IMG/VR virus record: IMGVR_UViG_3300033175_000390
Length of the DNA stretch: 64,000 bases
DNA from: an uncultured virus (IMG/VR IMGVR_UViG_3300033175_000390)
Lineage: Duplodnaviria > Heunggongvirae > Uroviricota > Caudoviricetes
Strand: one strand, 5' to 3'
Shown: positions 1-9,206 of the stretch, one piece after another
Layout of the letters: each line of letters begins with the position of its first letter
Numbering within the stretch: the stretch's first letter is position 1
Notes under the pieces: generated by a model
Told to the model about the DNA's origin: nothing
Databases searched by the model: none
What the model saw: the letters and a program-made list of their open reading frames with translations, nothing else
Position numbers and translations under genes: made by a program

Positions 1-438
1 GTCGATGCCGATTTCTTTTGCGACCATGCGACTAACGGCTGCATACTCCTCTTCTCCCACATCACGAAAGAGTGGAATGATCAGCCTTAATCTTGGATGT
101 TCTGGAGTATGCTTATGAGTAGAATAAATACAACACTGATAAGGGAAGAAGGTAGAGATTTCTTCCCAGATAGTACTTGTGCCATAATCCATATCAAGGG
201 TGAGCATGGAGCGTGATAGAACATTTCCTTTTTTACGTCTGCCATCTTTTAAATGACCTCCGACAAAACCGCCGACATCTTTAATAGAATCCTGACCGCC
301 TTTTCTCATTTTCCGATATTCTTCTACCGTTTCGGTGGTACGCTGTGTGGTCTTAACACGGGAGCAGAAGTCCTCCCAGCTGATGTCTGTGTTTTTCCAC
401 TTTTTATCCATTCGGCTGTTGCCGTATGCTATCTTCAT
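1..438 (-). CDS. Virulence-associated E family primase/helicase, N-terminal part (runs off window)
   Basis: Manual translation MKIAYGNSRMDKKWKN...DVGGFVGGHLKDGRRKK, homologous to 32027..34351; ATGA overlap with upstream gene. Confidence 0.85.
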   Translation of the reverse strand, partial: MKIAYGNSRMDKKWKNTDISWEDFCSRVKTTQRTTETVEEYRKMRKGGQDSIKDVGGFVGGHLKDGRRKKGNVLSRSMLTLDMDYGTSTIWEEISTFFPYQCCIYSTHKHTPEHPRLRLIIPLFRDVGEEEYAAVSRMVAKEIGID

Positions 439-869
439 AGAGACTCTACCTCCTCAAAATCTTTATTAAAGTATCTGACCGGCTGTCTGCGTTTCTTTGC
501 TTTTTCAATTTCAATACTCATGCCCCTTGAAATCACATCACCTAGCACCCAGACCTCTTGGCATTTGCCCATCAGGATAATATCCATAAAAATAGCGAGG
601 TCATGTTCCTGTTCATTGTTGTCATCCATAAACTGTGGAAACAGAAGGTGAGGAGCAAGCGGAATATTGCCCTTATCTAAAGCAAAACGGCAAAACGCTC
701 GTGTCCGCTTATTGTTGTTTTCAATATCGCCACTAAATGGAGAGCAAATATAGACAAGGGGCTTAAAGGCAGCTTTTGCTGCTGCCTTTTCCTCACGGGA
801 TATATTGCTAAGTGCTTCATGGGGAGTTGGGTCATGATACCCTTCTGCATTTTTCATATTGATTCCCAT
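435..869 (-). CDS. DUF4406-like phage protein
   Basis: NAEGYHDPT..., VYICSPFSGD, APHLLFPQF; paralog of 31615..32037; GGAGG RBS before ATG 869. Confidence 0.8.
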   Translation of the reverse strand: MGINMKNAEGYHDPTPHEALSNISREEKAAAKAAFKPLVYICSPFSGDIENNNKRTRAFCRFALDKGNIPLAPHLLFPQFMDDNNEQEHDLAIFMDIILMGKCQEVWVLGDVISRGMSIEIEKAKKRRQPVRYFNKDFEEVESL

Positions 870-870
870 A

Positions 871-1653
871 TCACACCTCCATCTCAATCTGCGGATAAAT
901 ACCATCCGCCTTTAGCTGTTCATAGATAAAGAGTCTGCCTTTTTGTGTCCACTTGGTATGCACTTTCGTATGTTGGATACCTTTGCTGTCTTCATAAATG
1001 TGAGTATTGGTTTTGGTATATCCATTGGGAGCATACTTTTGATAGAGAAGCCAAATATCACCTTGCTTAAACTGAATCCCTTTTTCATGAAGGTATTCGT
1101 TCATACGCATGGCACTCCAGCCATAATCTTTGGCAATCACAGAAATGTTTACCGCATCACTGCATTTAAGAACCACATCATAATAAGTAGCCTTGGGTTT
1201 CATCTCAGCAATTTGCTGCTGACCAATCGCAACTGCTGCCATCAATTCCTTGTTCTTTTCACGCTCTTCTTTTAATGCGGTAAATGCTGCGATGGCAAGG
1301 TCGGGGTTTGCAATTAAATCATCTGTTGCATAAAGTCCATGTTTACGAATAGCAGGGAGGACTTCATTTGTCACCCATCGCTTAAACTTTTTAGCATTTG
1401 GCATCTTGCTTGAGAGGATGAGACTGTACAGACCAGATTCGTTAATAGCAGTCATCGTTTGATTTCTTCCGATGGCGTCACGAATCGTTACGTCATCCTT
1501 GTCCTCTTCATCAACATGATCAATTAAAGCTTTGCGAGTATTTGTATAACCAAGAATGCATGCTACATCCTTGCCAACACAATAAGGTTGACCGCCAATC
1601 GTTGTAGTACGTACGGAGCCGAACTCTGCATTTTTGTAAACTTGTAATTCCAT
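871..1653 (-). CDS. Phage antirepressor (BRO-N + KilAC/ANT)
   Basis: INESGLYSLILSSKMPNAKKFKRWVTNEVLPAIRKHG; C-terminal TKWTQKGRLFI; RBS before ATG 1653. Confidence 0.9.
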   Translation of the reverse strand: MELQVYKNAEFGSVRTTTIGGQPYCVGKDVACILGYTNTRKALIDHVDEEDKDDVTIRDAIGRNQTMTAINESGLYSLILSSKMPNAKKFKRWVTNEVLPAIRKHGLYATDDLIANPDLAIAAFTALKEEREKNKELMAAVAIGQQQIAEMKPKATYYDVVLKCSDAVNISVIAKDYGWSAMRMNEYLHEKGIQFKQGDIWLLYQKYAPNGYTKTNTHIYEDSKGIQHTKVHTKWTQKGRLFIYEQLKADGIYPQIEMEV

Positions 1654-1685
1654 TCGAATTACCTCCTTGTGTTTTTTTGGAGGTC

Positions 1686-1731
1686 TTGACCTCCTACCTA
1701 GTAGCCTTGGGAGAAGGTCAAATCTGACGGT
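1686..1731 (-). promoter_or_regulatory. Hairpin/promoter-like motif at 3' end of sigma-like gene
   Basis: TTGACCT...AGGTCAA inverted repeat; same architecture as the motif at 25601. Confidence 0.5.
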
Positions 1732-2236
1732 TTTCATATTCTTCTTGTAATTTCTTTGTTGCCCGCTTTAATTTCTGAGTAATGTTGTTTTCATCAGCAC
1801 CTATGAAACTGGCATATTCTCGAATCGACATACCGTCAATGCGTACTGCAATGAACATATCTGCCCAGTCCTGCTTTTTGCCAAGAGCGGTACGTATCCA
1901 TTTGCAGACACCTTCATAATCATCCTGATAAGCACGCTCAATTTCGTCTTTTCTAAAAATCCTGTCGTCCGCAACTTCTTTCATAAGTGGTTCCGAGGTA
2001 TCGTATTCATCACCATCGTCATTGAAGCGCTCCTTAGGAGTTGTTAAGTGTCTGGTTTCTCTGTGCCAGATGTTGTACTCCGGCTTGTTGAACTTTTCAT
2101 CGAATGTTTTTTGGATTAATTTTTCCTTTTCAAGATTTTCACCTTCAAGTGAAAGACTGACCCACATCTCCTGAGTTTCTTCCTCATTGAGTTCGATGCT
2201 TTGAAACTGGTTCTCATATCTGATTGATAATCTCAT
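1718..2236 (-). CDS. Sigma-70 region-4 type HTH transcription factor
   Basis: C-terminal DGMSIREYASFIGADENNITQKLKRATKKL; same position as 24912..25589. Confidence 0.75.
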   Translation of the reverse strand: MRLSIRYENQFQSIELNEEETQEMWVSLSLEGENLEKEKLIQKTFDEKFNKPEYNIWHRETRHLTTPKERFNDDGDEYDTSEPLMKEVADDRIFRKDEIERAYQDDYEGVCKWIRTALGKKQDWADMFIAVRIDGMSIREYASFIGADENNITQKLKRATKKLQEEYENRQI

Positions 2237-2239
2237 TAG

Positions 2240-2425
2240 ATTCTCCTAATCCCGTCCTGGAAGACAGCGGAGAACTAATGAATCTTTGGAAAACAATGAC
2301 CAACAGAGTTACCTCCTAAAAATATGTATAGGAAATAAAACGGAGGAGCATAAATTTCACCCAACAGCCTGTCATTGGCTATCTTCGAATCATTTATGTA
2401 TCCGCCGTCTTCTGCTGGCCAGCTT
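2240..2425 (-). ncRNA. Putative structured cis-regulatory 5' leader of sigma-like gene
   Basis: Nested inverted repeats; 2401-2412 pairs with 2260-2271, alternatively TTCTCC pairs with GGAGAA over the RBS. Confidence 0.4.
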
Positions 2426-2496
2426 TAGACGCATTTATATTTTTGTAAGGCTTGTCCCTTACATTTATAAATATAATAGGTTTCAAAATTTCACGA

Positions 2497-2602
2497 CCAA
2501 CTCGTTGAGTTGGGCCAAATTTGTCTATTTATCAGTCTTTTCTAAATTTGGGTATAAAAAAAGAACCCCTTTCGGGGTCCTAAACCAACTCATCGAGTTA
2601 TC
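2497..2602. promoter_or_regulatory. Two operator-like palindromes CCAACTC-N3-GAGTT flanking a terminator-like hairpin
   Basis: ccaactcgttgagttgg (~2497) and ccaactcatcgagtt (~2585); ACCCC-TTTC-GGGGT hairpin with U-tract on minus strand. Confidence 0.5.
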
Positions 2603-2609
2603 AACTTAT

Positions 2610-4196
2610 TTATTCTTTTATTTCACTACCTAGTTCCTGAATACCACATTGCTCTAGAATACCATTGAAATCATCAAGCGAAAGCCCTGGCATAGTATCC
2701 ATAATACGAATATAAGTCTTATCGGGATCTTTATAATAATCTAGTTTATTATTTGATTTATCAAACAGCTTTTGCGTAATCCTCGTGCATAACTGCATAC
2801 CAACACAGATGGCCATCAACACGTTCGTTGTCATATTGTTGGCTTTATCATTTTTTATTCTACCATGATAATTTTTGTGGATTCCTGTCTCTTCATTAAA
2901 CTTATCAGGATAATTCCACTTTCTATTTTCCATCAAAAACCACAGACAATTACATAGTGTTTTGGTAGGGTCACCAAGCAACTTAATGAGTTCAATTTCT
3001 TCCTCCTCATTATAAGAAGCTAGCTGCTGAGAAAATGCTTGATATGTTTCTTCAGGTTCATTCAGTAAAGGGGATTGGTACTTAGGATGAAACGTAAGAA
3101 GTCTACTATCAATGCCTTCAACCTTCTTAAGGACCGTATACCCAAGCAAGTCTTTGTAAGTATTAGTGTATGTTACAAAATTCTGTTCACGAATATTGAT
3201 AGCACATCTAGAGAGATTTTGCTTTGCCTTTGGTGTTAGATGGAGAACCCCATCTTCTTGTACAACATATTGGTTATTAGCAAGTACAAAATACCCTTCA
3301 GCGTATACAAAATGCCGCTCTTTTATCCAGTTTTTCAGTGTTGTATCAGAGTTAATTATTTGTATCGCTTCTACTGGGGTTAACTTAACAAAGTCTTTAT
3401 TACTGTGGATTTCTTCATAGACATCATTGTAATCAGAGAATTCAGATATGGTATCCTCTAAACCAACTTCAATCAATCTATATTTTACTGATAGTCTTGA
3501 CGTTATAAAAAAGCTACTTAAATCTTCAATCAAGGTATCACAAGAGTATATCGTATTTTCACCAGATGCTTTATACTGCTCAATAAACTCTAAAGCTTTC
3601 TTTTTGAAGCTTTTTTTGGGCATCAGAACTCTAGGTGCTAATCTGTGTGCTTGCCATTCCAACCATCGAACTTCATTTTCCTTTGTCTTCTTTCCCTCAG
3701 GTGGTGTAAAGAAAGTCTCGGACTGTCGGCATAAAATTGGATATAGTTTTTCAGATTCGTTTTTATTTTTAACCTCAAGAATTTGAAAATATGTTTTATC
3801 TTTTTCCCAGTGTAGTGCTTCATGAATGAGCGTATTTCTTTTCGAGCCTTCACCATATACAGCCTCAGACAAGGGGTCAATTAATACCGTTCCAGCGCTG
3901 AAGGAAGTTGATAAATATTTACCTGTTTCCCTATCATAAATATCAACATCTGCATCCAAAAGTAAACAACATCCAAAAACATCTAGGTCGCTTGATAAAT
4001 GAACTTCTTGAACAGTAAGCCCCATACCCTTAAGAATGTCATCAACCGGAAGAGGCATCGGTTCAACCAATGCCTGTTTACAGTATTTCGTCAGAAATTT
4101 TGTAGCATAGTCATCAAGGCGATTCTTTCCAAGAATTAGAGCACCTGATTTTTTATTGATATCGAATATATCACTTGGAGTTATCTTCCTCTTCAT
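2610..4196 (-). CDS. ImmA/IrrE family metallopeptidase fused to C-terminal HTH-like domain
   Basis: TLIHEALH (HExxH), EWQAHRLAPRVLMP; C-terminal Xre-like segment. Confidence 0.8.
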   Translation of the reverse strand: MKRKITPSDIFDINKKSGALILGKNRLDDYATKFLTKYCKQALVEPMPLPVDDILKGMGLTVQEVHLSSDLDVFGCCLLLDADVDIYDRETGKYLSTSFSAGTVLIDPLSEAVYGEGSKRNTLIHEALHWEKDKTYFQILEVKNKNESEKLYPILCRQSETFFTPPEGKKTKENEVRWLEWQAHRLAPRVLMPKKSFKKKALEFIEQYKASGENTIYSCDTLIEDLSSFFITSRLSVKYRLIEVGLEDTISEFSDYNDVYEEIHSNKDFVKLTPVEAIQIINSDTTLKNWIKERHFVYAEGYFVLANNQYVVQEDGVLHLTPKAKQNLSRCAINIREQNFVTYTNTYKDLLGYTVLKKVEGIDSRLLTFHPKYQSPLLNEPEETYQAFSQQLASYNEEEEIELIKLLGDPTKTLCNCLWFLMENRKWNYPDKFNEETGIHKNYHGRIKNDKANNMTTNVLMAICVGMQLCTRITQKLFDKSNNKLDYYKDPDKTYIRIMDTMPGLSLDDFNGILEQCGIQELGSEIKE

Positions 4197-4923
4197 AATC
4201 TACCTGTTCTCCTTTTTCAATATGATCCAAAGGCAACTCTGACAATAACTTTCTTGCCTCTTTCCAGGTAGGGTAGAACTCCTCCACAAGTGAATTGAAT
4301 CTATGGGTGTGATTCTTTTCTAACAAGTGTACCAGTTCATGGATAACAACATATTCAAGACATTCTATTGGTTTCTTGGCTAGCTGTAGATTAATCCATA
4401 TTCTTTTTTTATCAATATTGCATGTACCCCACTTAGTTTTCATATTCTTAATTTTGTACTCATTAGCATGGAGGTTTGTTTTTGTTTCACACCTTGAAAC
4501 AACCCCATCCAACACTCGTTTAAGTTCTTCTCTGTACCATTCATTGAATGCCCTCTCCCTTGATTCTTTAGTTGATCTTTCGGGAGCAGTCAATATTATC
4601 TTGTTTGGTAGTTTTGAAATTTCGTATTTGTTTCCTTCATAGACAACTTGTAGCCGATATGGCTTTCCCCACAGGAAATGGGATTCTCCTGAAACATATT
4701 CTCTCTCAGTTTGACGCGCCTGTGACAGCATCCTGTCTCTTACCTTAGTGATTTCTGGCATTTTTTTTAATACAAAAAGCCTTATCTCTTCATCAGGATA
4801 ATCACTAGGAGTACTAACTGTTATACTACCTTCTGGTGGATTTACCCTGATATATAGATTTTTAAGGTTTTTCTTTTTAATAATTTCAACTGGCATACCA
4901 CCAATTACTTCTTCACTACACAT
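4171..4923 (-). CDS. M48/DUF45 (YgjP-like) metal-dependent hydrolase
   Basis: MKTKWGTCN, YVVIHELVHLLEKNH; typical position after hsdR. Confidence 0.9.
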   Translation of the reverse strand: MCSEEVIGGMPVEIIKKKNLKNLYIRVNPPEGSITVSTPSDYPDEEIRLFVLKKMPEITKVRDRMLSQARQTEREYVSGESHFLWGKPYRLQVVYEGNKYEISKLPNKIILTAPERSTKESRERAFNEWYREELKRVLDGVVSRCETKTNLHANEYKIKNMKTKWGTCNIDKKRIWINLQLAKKPIECLEYVVIHELVHLLEKNHTHRFNSLVEEFYPTWKEARKLLSELPLDHIEKGEQVDYEEEDNSK

Positions 4924-7900
4924 CGTATTCTGCCTGCCTTTCAGTTATTTCGAAGACTGCAGCGGTCTCCGCCGTTGCTTCATCTTCGTCATAACCATAT
5001 ATCAATAAATTTTCATAAATAGCAAGCCTTATATTTTGTTGTTTCTGGAAATTCCTTTTCCAATCAGGACGTAATGCAGAAAGGATAGCACTGTCCAAAT
5101 TTACAGCCAGATTTTCGTTCTTCGCAAAATAATCATAAAAGGCTCTTCTAGCCTCGCTATTCTTCACAGTATCAGGATAATCCAAGCTATCTTCTGGGTG
5201 TAAAATTGCTTGTGCCAACTCAACAACTTGTCGTAAATATTCCTCGTAACTCATAGCCTCTATTCGTCTCTGGTCGATTAGTACTTGGAGCATTTCTGAT
5301 AACTTACCATAATAAACTTGGTTAGATGACATCTTCTTTACAATTTCATGCTGCAAGTTATTTTCGATGATTTCTGCTTTAGCATTTTCATTACCTGGAA
5401 GACCTTGTACCAGGGCCTCTATTGGTGTTGTTGAAGTGTTTTCAAGTAACAATTCCACCAACGACATATTCCCGAGTTCACTTACAACTGTAGAATCTTC
5501 TGCACGTATATAAGTATCAAGGACATATCGCATATCAGCCTCATATGGTTTTAAATCGATATAATCACAGCTTGCTAGTTTAACCATTTCTTTTATTTTG
5601 TTATAACCTGAAATATCACTTCTTAGTCTGCTAACTTGCCCCTCTGAATAGCCATAATCGCTCACTAGTTTATCACTGCAGTTAGCAAAAGAGCGTGTTA
5701 GCGAAGCTGTAAGACTATACAAAATATCTCTGCGACCAGTGTTTTCATCGTCTTCACTATTTTCACCACAAAAATACTCAATATAATCAGTATCTTCCTT
5801 AGGATCGCTTACATTTTCTAATAGATCTTTCAGCGATGCAATTGCACCCACCATCTCAGATTTAGCTTCGTCATAGCGATTCTTTATAAGTCCCTCAACA
5901 TCTTCCTTATCAAAGCTATCGAAAGCTTCAGTAGTATAATCAGCCACTGCAAGCTGAACATTACGAAACAAGTCCATGTAATCTACGATATAACCATAGT
6001 CCTTATCTTCGCCATCTGGTCTATTAACTCGGCAGATAGCCTGGAAAAGGTCATGATCCCTCATAGATTTATCAATATATAGATATGTCGCTGTTGGAGC
6101 ATCAAATCCTGTTAAAAGTTTATCTACCACGATAAGAAGTTTCATCTTAGCAGGTTCTTTTTTGAACTGCTCTTTTACTTCCTTCTCAAATTCAGACAAT
6201 TTTTTGCCCTTAAGCATACGCTCATAAATAGACTTCTTATATTCTTCTTCGCCCTCTTGGCTTAAATCACTCGTAGCTGTTCTAACACTTGCTGTTGAAG
6301 GCTCAAATGAAGTTACAACAGCACACTTGTTAAAGCCGTTGCTAGTGAAAATATCCCAGTATCTGCAAGCCTCATATATACTGTTGGCCACAAGCATAGC
6401 TGTACCACGCTCATTTTTTAGACGAGGTTTTAAATTCATATCGAAAATGATGTCACTAGCGATTTTCTCAAGTCTTTGTTTTGAACTATATAATTTGTTG
6501 ATTGAAGTCCAACTTTGTTTCAGCTGTGTCTTTGCTCTATCAGTAAGACCTAAAGTTTTATTATCAAACCATAAATCGACTTTGTCTTTACTAGATAAGT
6601 CCTGGTCAACATCTCTTGCTTCATAACGTAAATCAAGGACAACACCATCCTGAACACCTTCATCAAATTTATAAGTATGGATGTAAGGGCCAAAAGTTTC
6701 AAGACTGGTCGCCTTATCTTTTTTGAGTAGTGGAGTACCTGTAAAACCAATAAGTAATGCTTCAGGCATCAATACTTTAACTGCTTCATGTAATTTACCT
6801 GAGTTAGTGCGATGGCACTCATCAATAAAAGCTATAATATTTCCTTTTGCTTTAAAGTCAGCAGGGAGGTCTTTTATCAATTCTTTACGGTATTGATCCA
6901 CGTCAGATTGTTTACCTGCATTATGTCCGTATTTATGAATCAAAGAGCAGATAATAGAATCATCATTTTTATTCAGAATCTCTCTTAAATCAGCGCTGCT
7001 TTTTGTTCTTCGTACTTTTTCATTTACATCAATAAACAAACTTTCAATTTGGTCATCAAGCTCATCTCGGTCGGTGATGATTACCACTCGGCTATCTGCT
7101 ACATTCTCAATAACCCACTTAGTAAGCCATACCATAATTAGGGACTTTCCTGAACCTTGCGTATTCCAGATTATTCCACCTTCGCCTGCAAGAATTCTTT
7201 TCCTAGCAGCAATATTAGCAAAATACTGATTATGTCTTGCAATCTTTTTCACTCCAGCATCAAAAATAATAAAGTCGTGGATTAGTGAAAGAAACCTCTC
7301 TTTATGACAAAGAGAAATTACACCATCCCTTAGTTTATTTCTTTCTCTGGATTGGATACCTTTAATACTCGCAGAAAGTTCATCACTAGCTTTAATATCT
7401 TCTTTCCAATTCAGGTAATACTTCTCAGGAGTTTCGATTGTTCCATACTTCAGCCCTTCAGCTTCATTACCGGCAAAGAGAAACTGCGTAGTACTAAAGA
7501 AGTTTTGAATATACTCTTTTTTTTGGTTTGTGAGATTTTGACGAATTCCCTCACCAATGCTCACGCATGAACGCTTTAGCTCAAATATGCCAAGAGCGAT
7601 GCCGTTTATATACAGCACCACATCAGGTCGTTTTCTTTCTATTTGATTAAAGCAGAGAACACTTACTTCCTCAGCAGCATAAAAATCATTGTTCTCGACA
7701 TTGTTCCAGTCGATATAATGAACTGTTTGACGATTTTTATTCTCGTCTTTAACACCTTGCTTGCCATAGCGAAGTAGGGAATAGACCTCTTTATTGATTT
7801 GGTAAAGGCTATCCACTTGATTGCTCGCTTTTGATACAAGGTCAGCTACAGCTTTGGAGATCTGATCTTTCGTATAACCACGCTTTTCTAGATTCTTCTT

Positions 7901-8041
7901 AAGTAACTCTTCTTTTATAGGTTTGTTATTCTGATCCTCAAGATTTCCGAGATACGTATAACCAAGACCACCGTCTTCCTCTTTATCTATTAACCAGTGA
8001 AGGACCTTGTTTTGCAATTTTCTCTCTAAATCAACAGACAT
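4916..8041 (-). CDS. hsdR: Type I restriction endonuclease subunit R
   Basis: RPDVVLYINGIALGIFELK nuclease motif, TQGSGKS, DECHR, FTGTP, LLTGFD, QAICRVNR. Confidence 0.95.
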   Translation of the reverse strand: MSVDLERKLQNKVLHWLIDKEEDGGLGYTYLGNLEDQNNKPIKEELLKKNLEKRGYTKDQISKAVADLVSKASNQVDSLYQINKEVYSLLRYGKQGVKDENKNRQTVHYIDWNNVENNDFYAAEEVSVLCFNQIERKRPDVVLYINGIALGIFELKRSCVSIGEGIRQNLTNQKKEYIQNFFSTTQFLFAGNEAEGLKYGTIETPEKYYLNWKEDIKASDELSASIKGIQSRERNKLRDGVISLCHKERFLSLIHDFIIFDAGVKKIARHNQYFANIAARKRILAGEGGIIWNTQGSGKSLIMVWLTKWVIENVADSRVVIITDRDELDDQIESLFIDVNEKVRRTKSSADLREILNKNDDSIICSLIHKYGHNAGKQSDVDQYRKELIKDLPADFKAKGNIIAFIDECHRTNSGKLHEAVKVLMPEALLIGFTGTPLLKKDKATSLETFGPYIHTYKFDEGVQDGVVLDLRYEARDVDQDLSSKDKVDLWFDNKTLGLTDRAKTQLKQSWTSINKLYSSKQRLEKIASDIIFDMNLKPRLKNERGTAMLVANSIYEACRYWDIFTSNGFNKCAVVTSFEPSTASVRTATSDLSQEGEEEYKKSIYERMLKGKKLSEFEKEVKEQFKKEPAKMKLLIVVDKLLTGFDAPTATYLYIDKSMRDHDLFQAICRVNRPDGEDKDYGYIVDYMDLFRNVQLAVADYTTEAFDSFDKEDVEGLIKNRYDEAKSEMVGAIASLKDLLENVSDPKEDTDYIEYFCGENSEDDENTGRRDILYSLTASLTRSFANCSDKLVSDYGYSEGQVSRLRSDISGYNKIKEMVKLASCDYIDLKPYEADMRYVLDTYIRAEDSTVVSELGNMSLVELLLENTSTTPIEALVQGLPGNENAKAEIIENNLQHEIVKKMSSNQVYYGKLSEMLQVLIDQRRIEAMSYEEYLRQVVELAQAILHPEDSLDYPDTVKNSEARRAFYDYFAKNENLAVNLDSAILSALRPDWKRNFQKQQNIRLAIYENLLIYGYDEDEATAETAAVFEITERQAEYDV

Positions 8042-8054
8042 AGCCTTTACCTCC

Positions 8055-9206
8055 TCATACTTTAAGACGCACACGGCCTATTAAGAGGTCGTCCATTGCA
8101 CCTTCTTTGATTTGAATCATTTTTTCTTTTTCTATTTTAAGAGATTCTATTTCTTCATCCATTGCTGTCAGAACTTCAGCAATTGCATGTTGTTCTTTTA
8201 TTTCCCTCGGAAGTCGTATGTTTATATTTTTTATTAAAGTTTTATTCAATCCACCACGTCCACCGTCACCTGATGAAAGTTCTCTCAATTCAAGATACAT
8301 ATTTTCAATTAGATAATATAAGAACTTGGAGTCCGTTTCATCTGCTGCAACTAATGCAGCTAAAGATTGGTTTAATGCCATTGGATACGCTAGAAATGCT
8401 GCTGTACCCCTGGTCTTTCCTTGTCCTGCTAGTGCGATTAATACCGAATCTTTTGGTGCCATTTTAGAGGAGGAATTGTTCAAGCCAATTTTTGTAATAT
8501 TTTTGGTTGCTCTAGTAATTATTTTTTGATGTATTTCTGTAGAAGCAAGCCACGGAATTGACCCACCCCAGTATTTGTCTACCGTAGTAGAAGGAGTACC
8601 CCCTGTAATAATTTCTTTTGTAGAATCTTCAATTGTTGATTCTATCCACTCACCATCAAACCCATCGAGTCTTGTCCTACCACTGAGCAAATCCTCCAAA
8701 GCACCTTCACGGATTGCTTTTTTCTTTTCAATTAGTTCAGACAGATTGTCTATATGTTCGTCAAAATCTGATAGCGCTGAAGCGATAGCTTGTTGTTCTT
8801 TGAAGGGTGGTAAGGGAAATTCCATATTCGCTATCATTGGACGTCTTACAGAATCAACCGTTGATTTCGCAGTATATTTTTCAACTTCTTGCAGGAAGTT
8901 TTTCGAGAAAAAATAATAAAAATACTTTCCGTCAACTTTTTCAAATTTACTAATAACATATACCCGTTGATGGGCTGCAAATTTACCGTTTTTATAGTGA
9001 AAAATCTTCCCTGCTCCGCCATCGCCTGCAGTTAACACTGCCTCACAATCAAAATCATAAAAGTTTATACGTTCCACATCTTTAGATCTGACATAGAATG
9101 GGTATTTACCGTTTTTAACGCTATCCTTTACATCTCTACATCCCGTAGTAATGTCAGCTATTTTATCAATTTGACTAATTTCCCAATCAGAAGGATAAGT
9201 TACCAT
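8055..9206 (-). CDS. hsdS: Type I R-M specificity subunit S
   Basis: Two TRDs each followed by EQxAIA..L...DE.I conserved helices. Confidence 0.95.
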   Translation of the reverse strand: MVTYPSDWEISQIDKIADITTGCRDVKDSVKNGKYPFYVRSKDVERINFYDFDCEAVLTAGDGGAGKIFHYKNGKFAAHQRVYVISKFEKVDGKYFYYFFSKNFLQEVEKYTAKSTVDSVRRPMIANMEFPLPPFKEQQAIASALSDFDEHIDNLSELIEKKKAIREGALEDLLSGRTRLDGFDGEWIESTIEDSTKEIITGGTPSTTVDKYWGGSIPWLASTEIHQKIITRATKNITKIGLNNSSSKMAPKDSVLIALAGQGKTRGTAAFLAYPMALNQSLAALVAADETDSKFLYYLIENMYLELRELSSGDGGRGGLNKTLIKNINIRLPREIKEQHAIAEVLTAMDEEIESLKIEKEKMIQIKEGAMDDLLIGRVRLKV

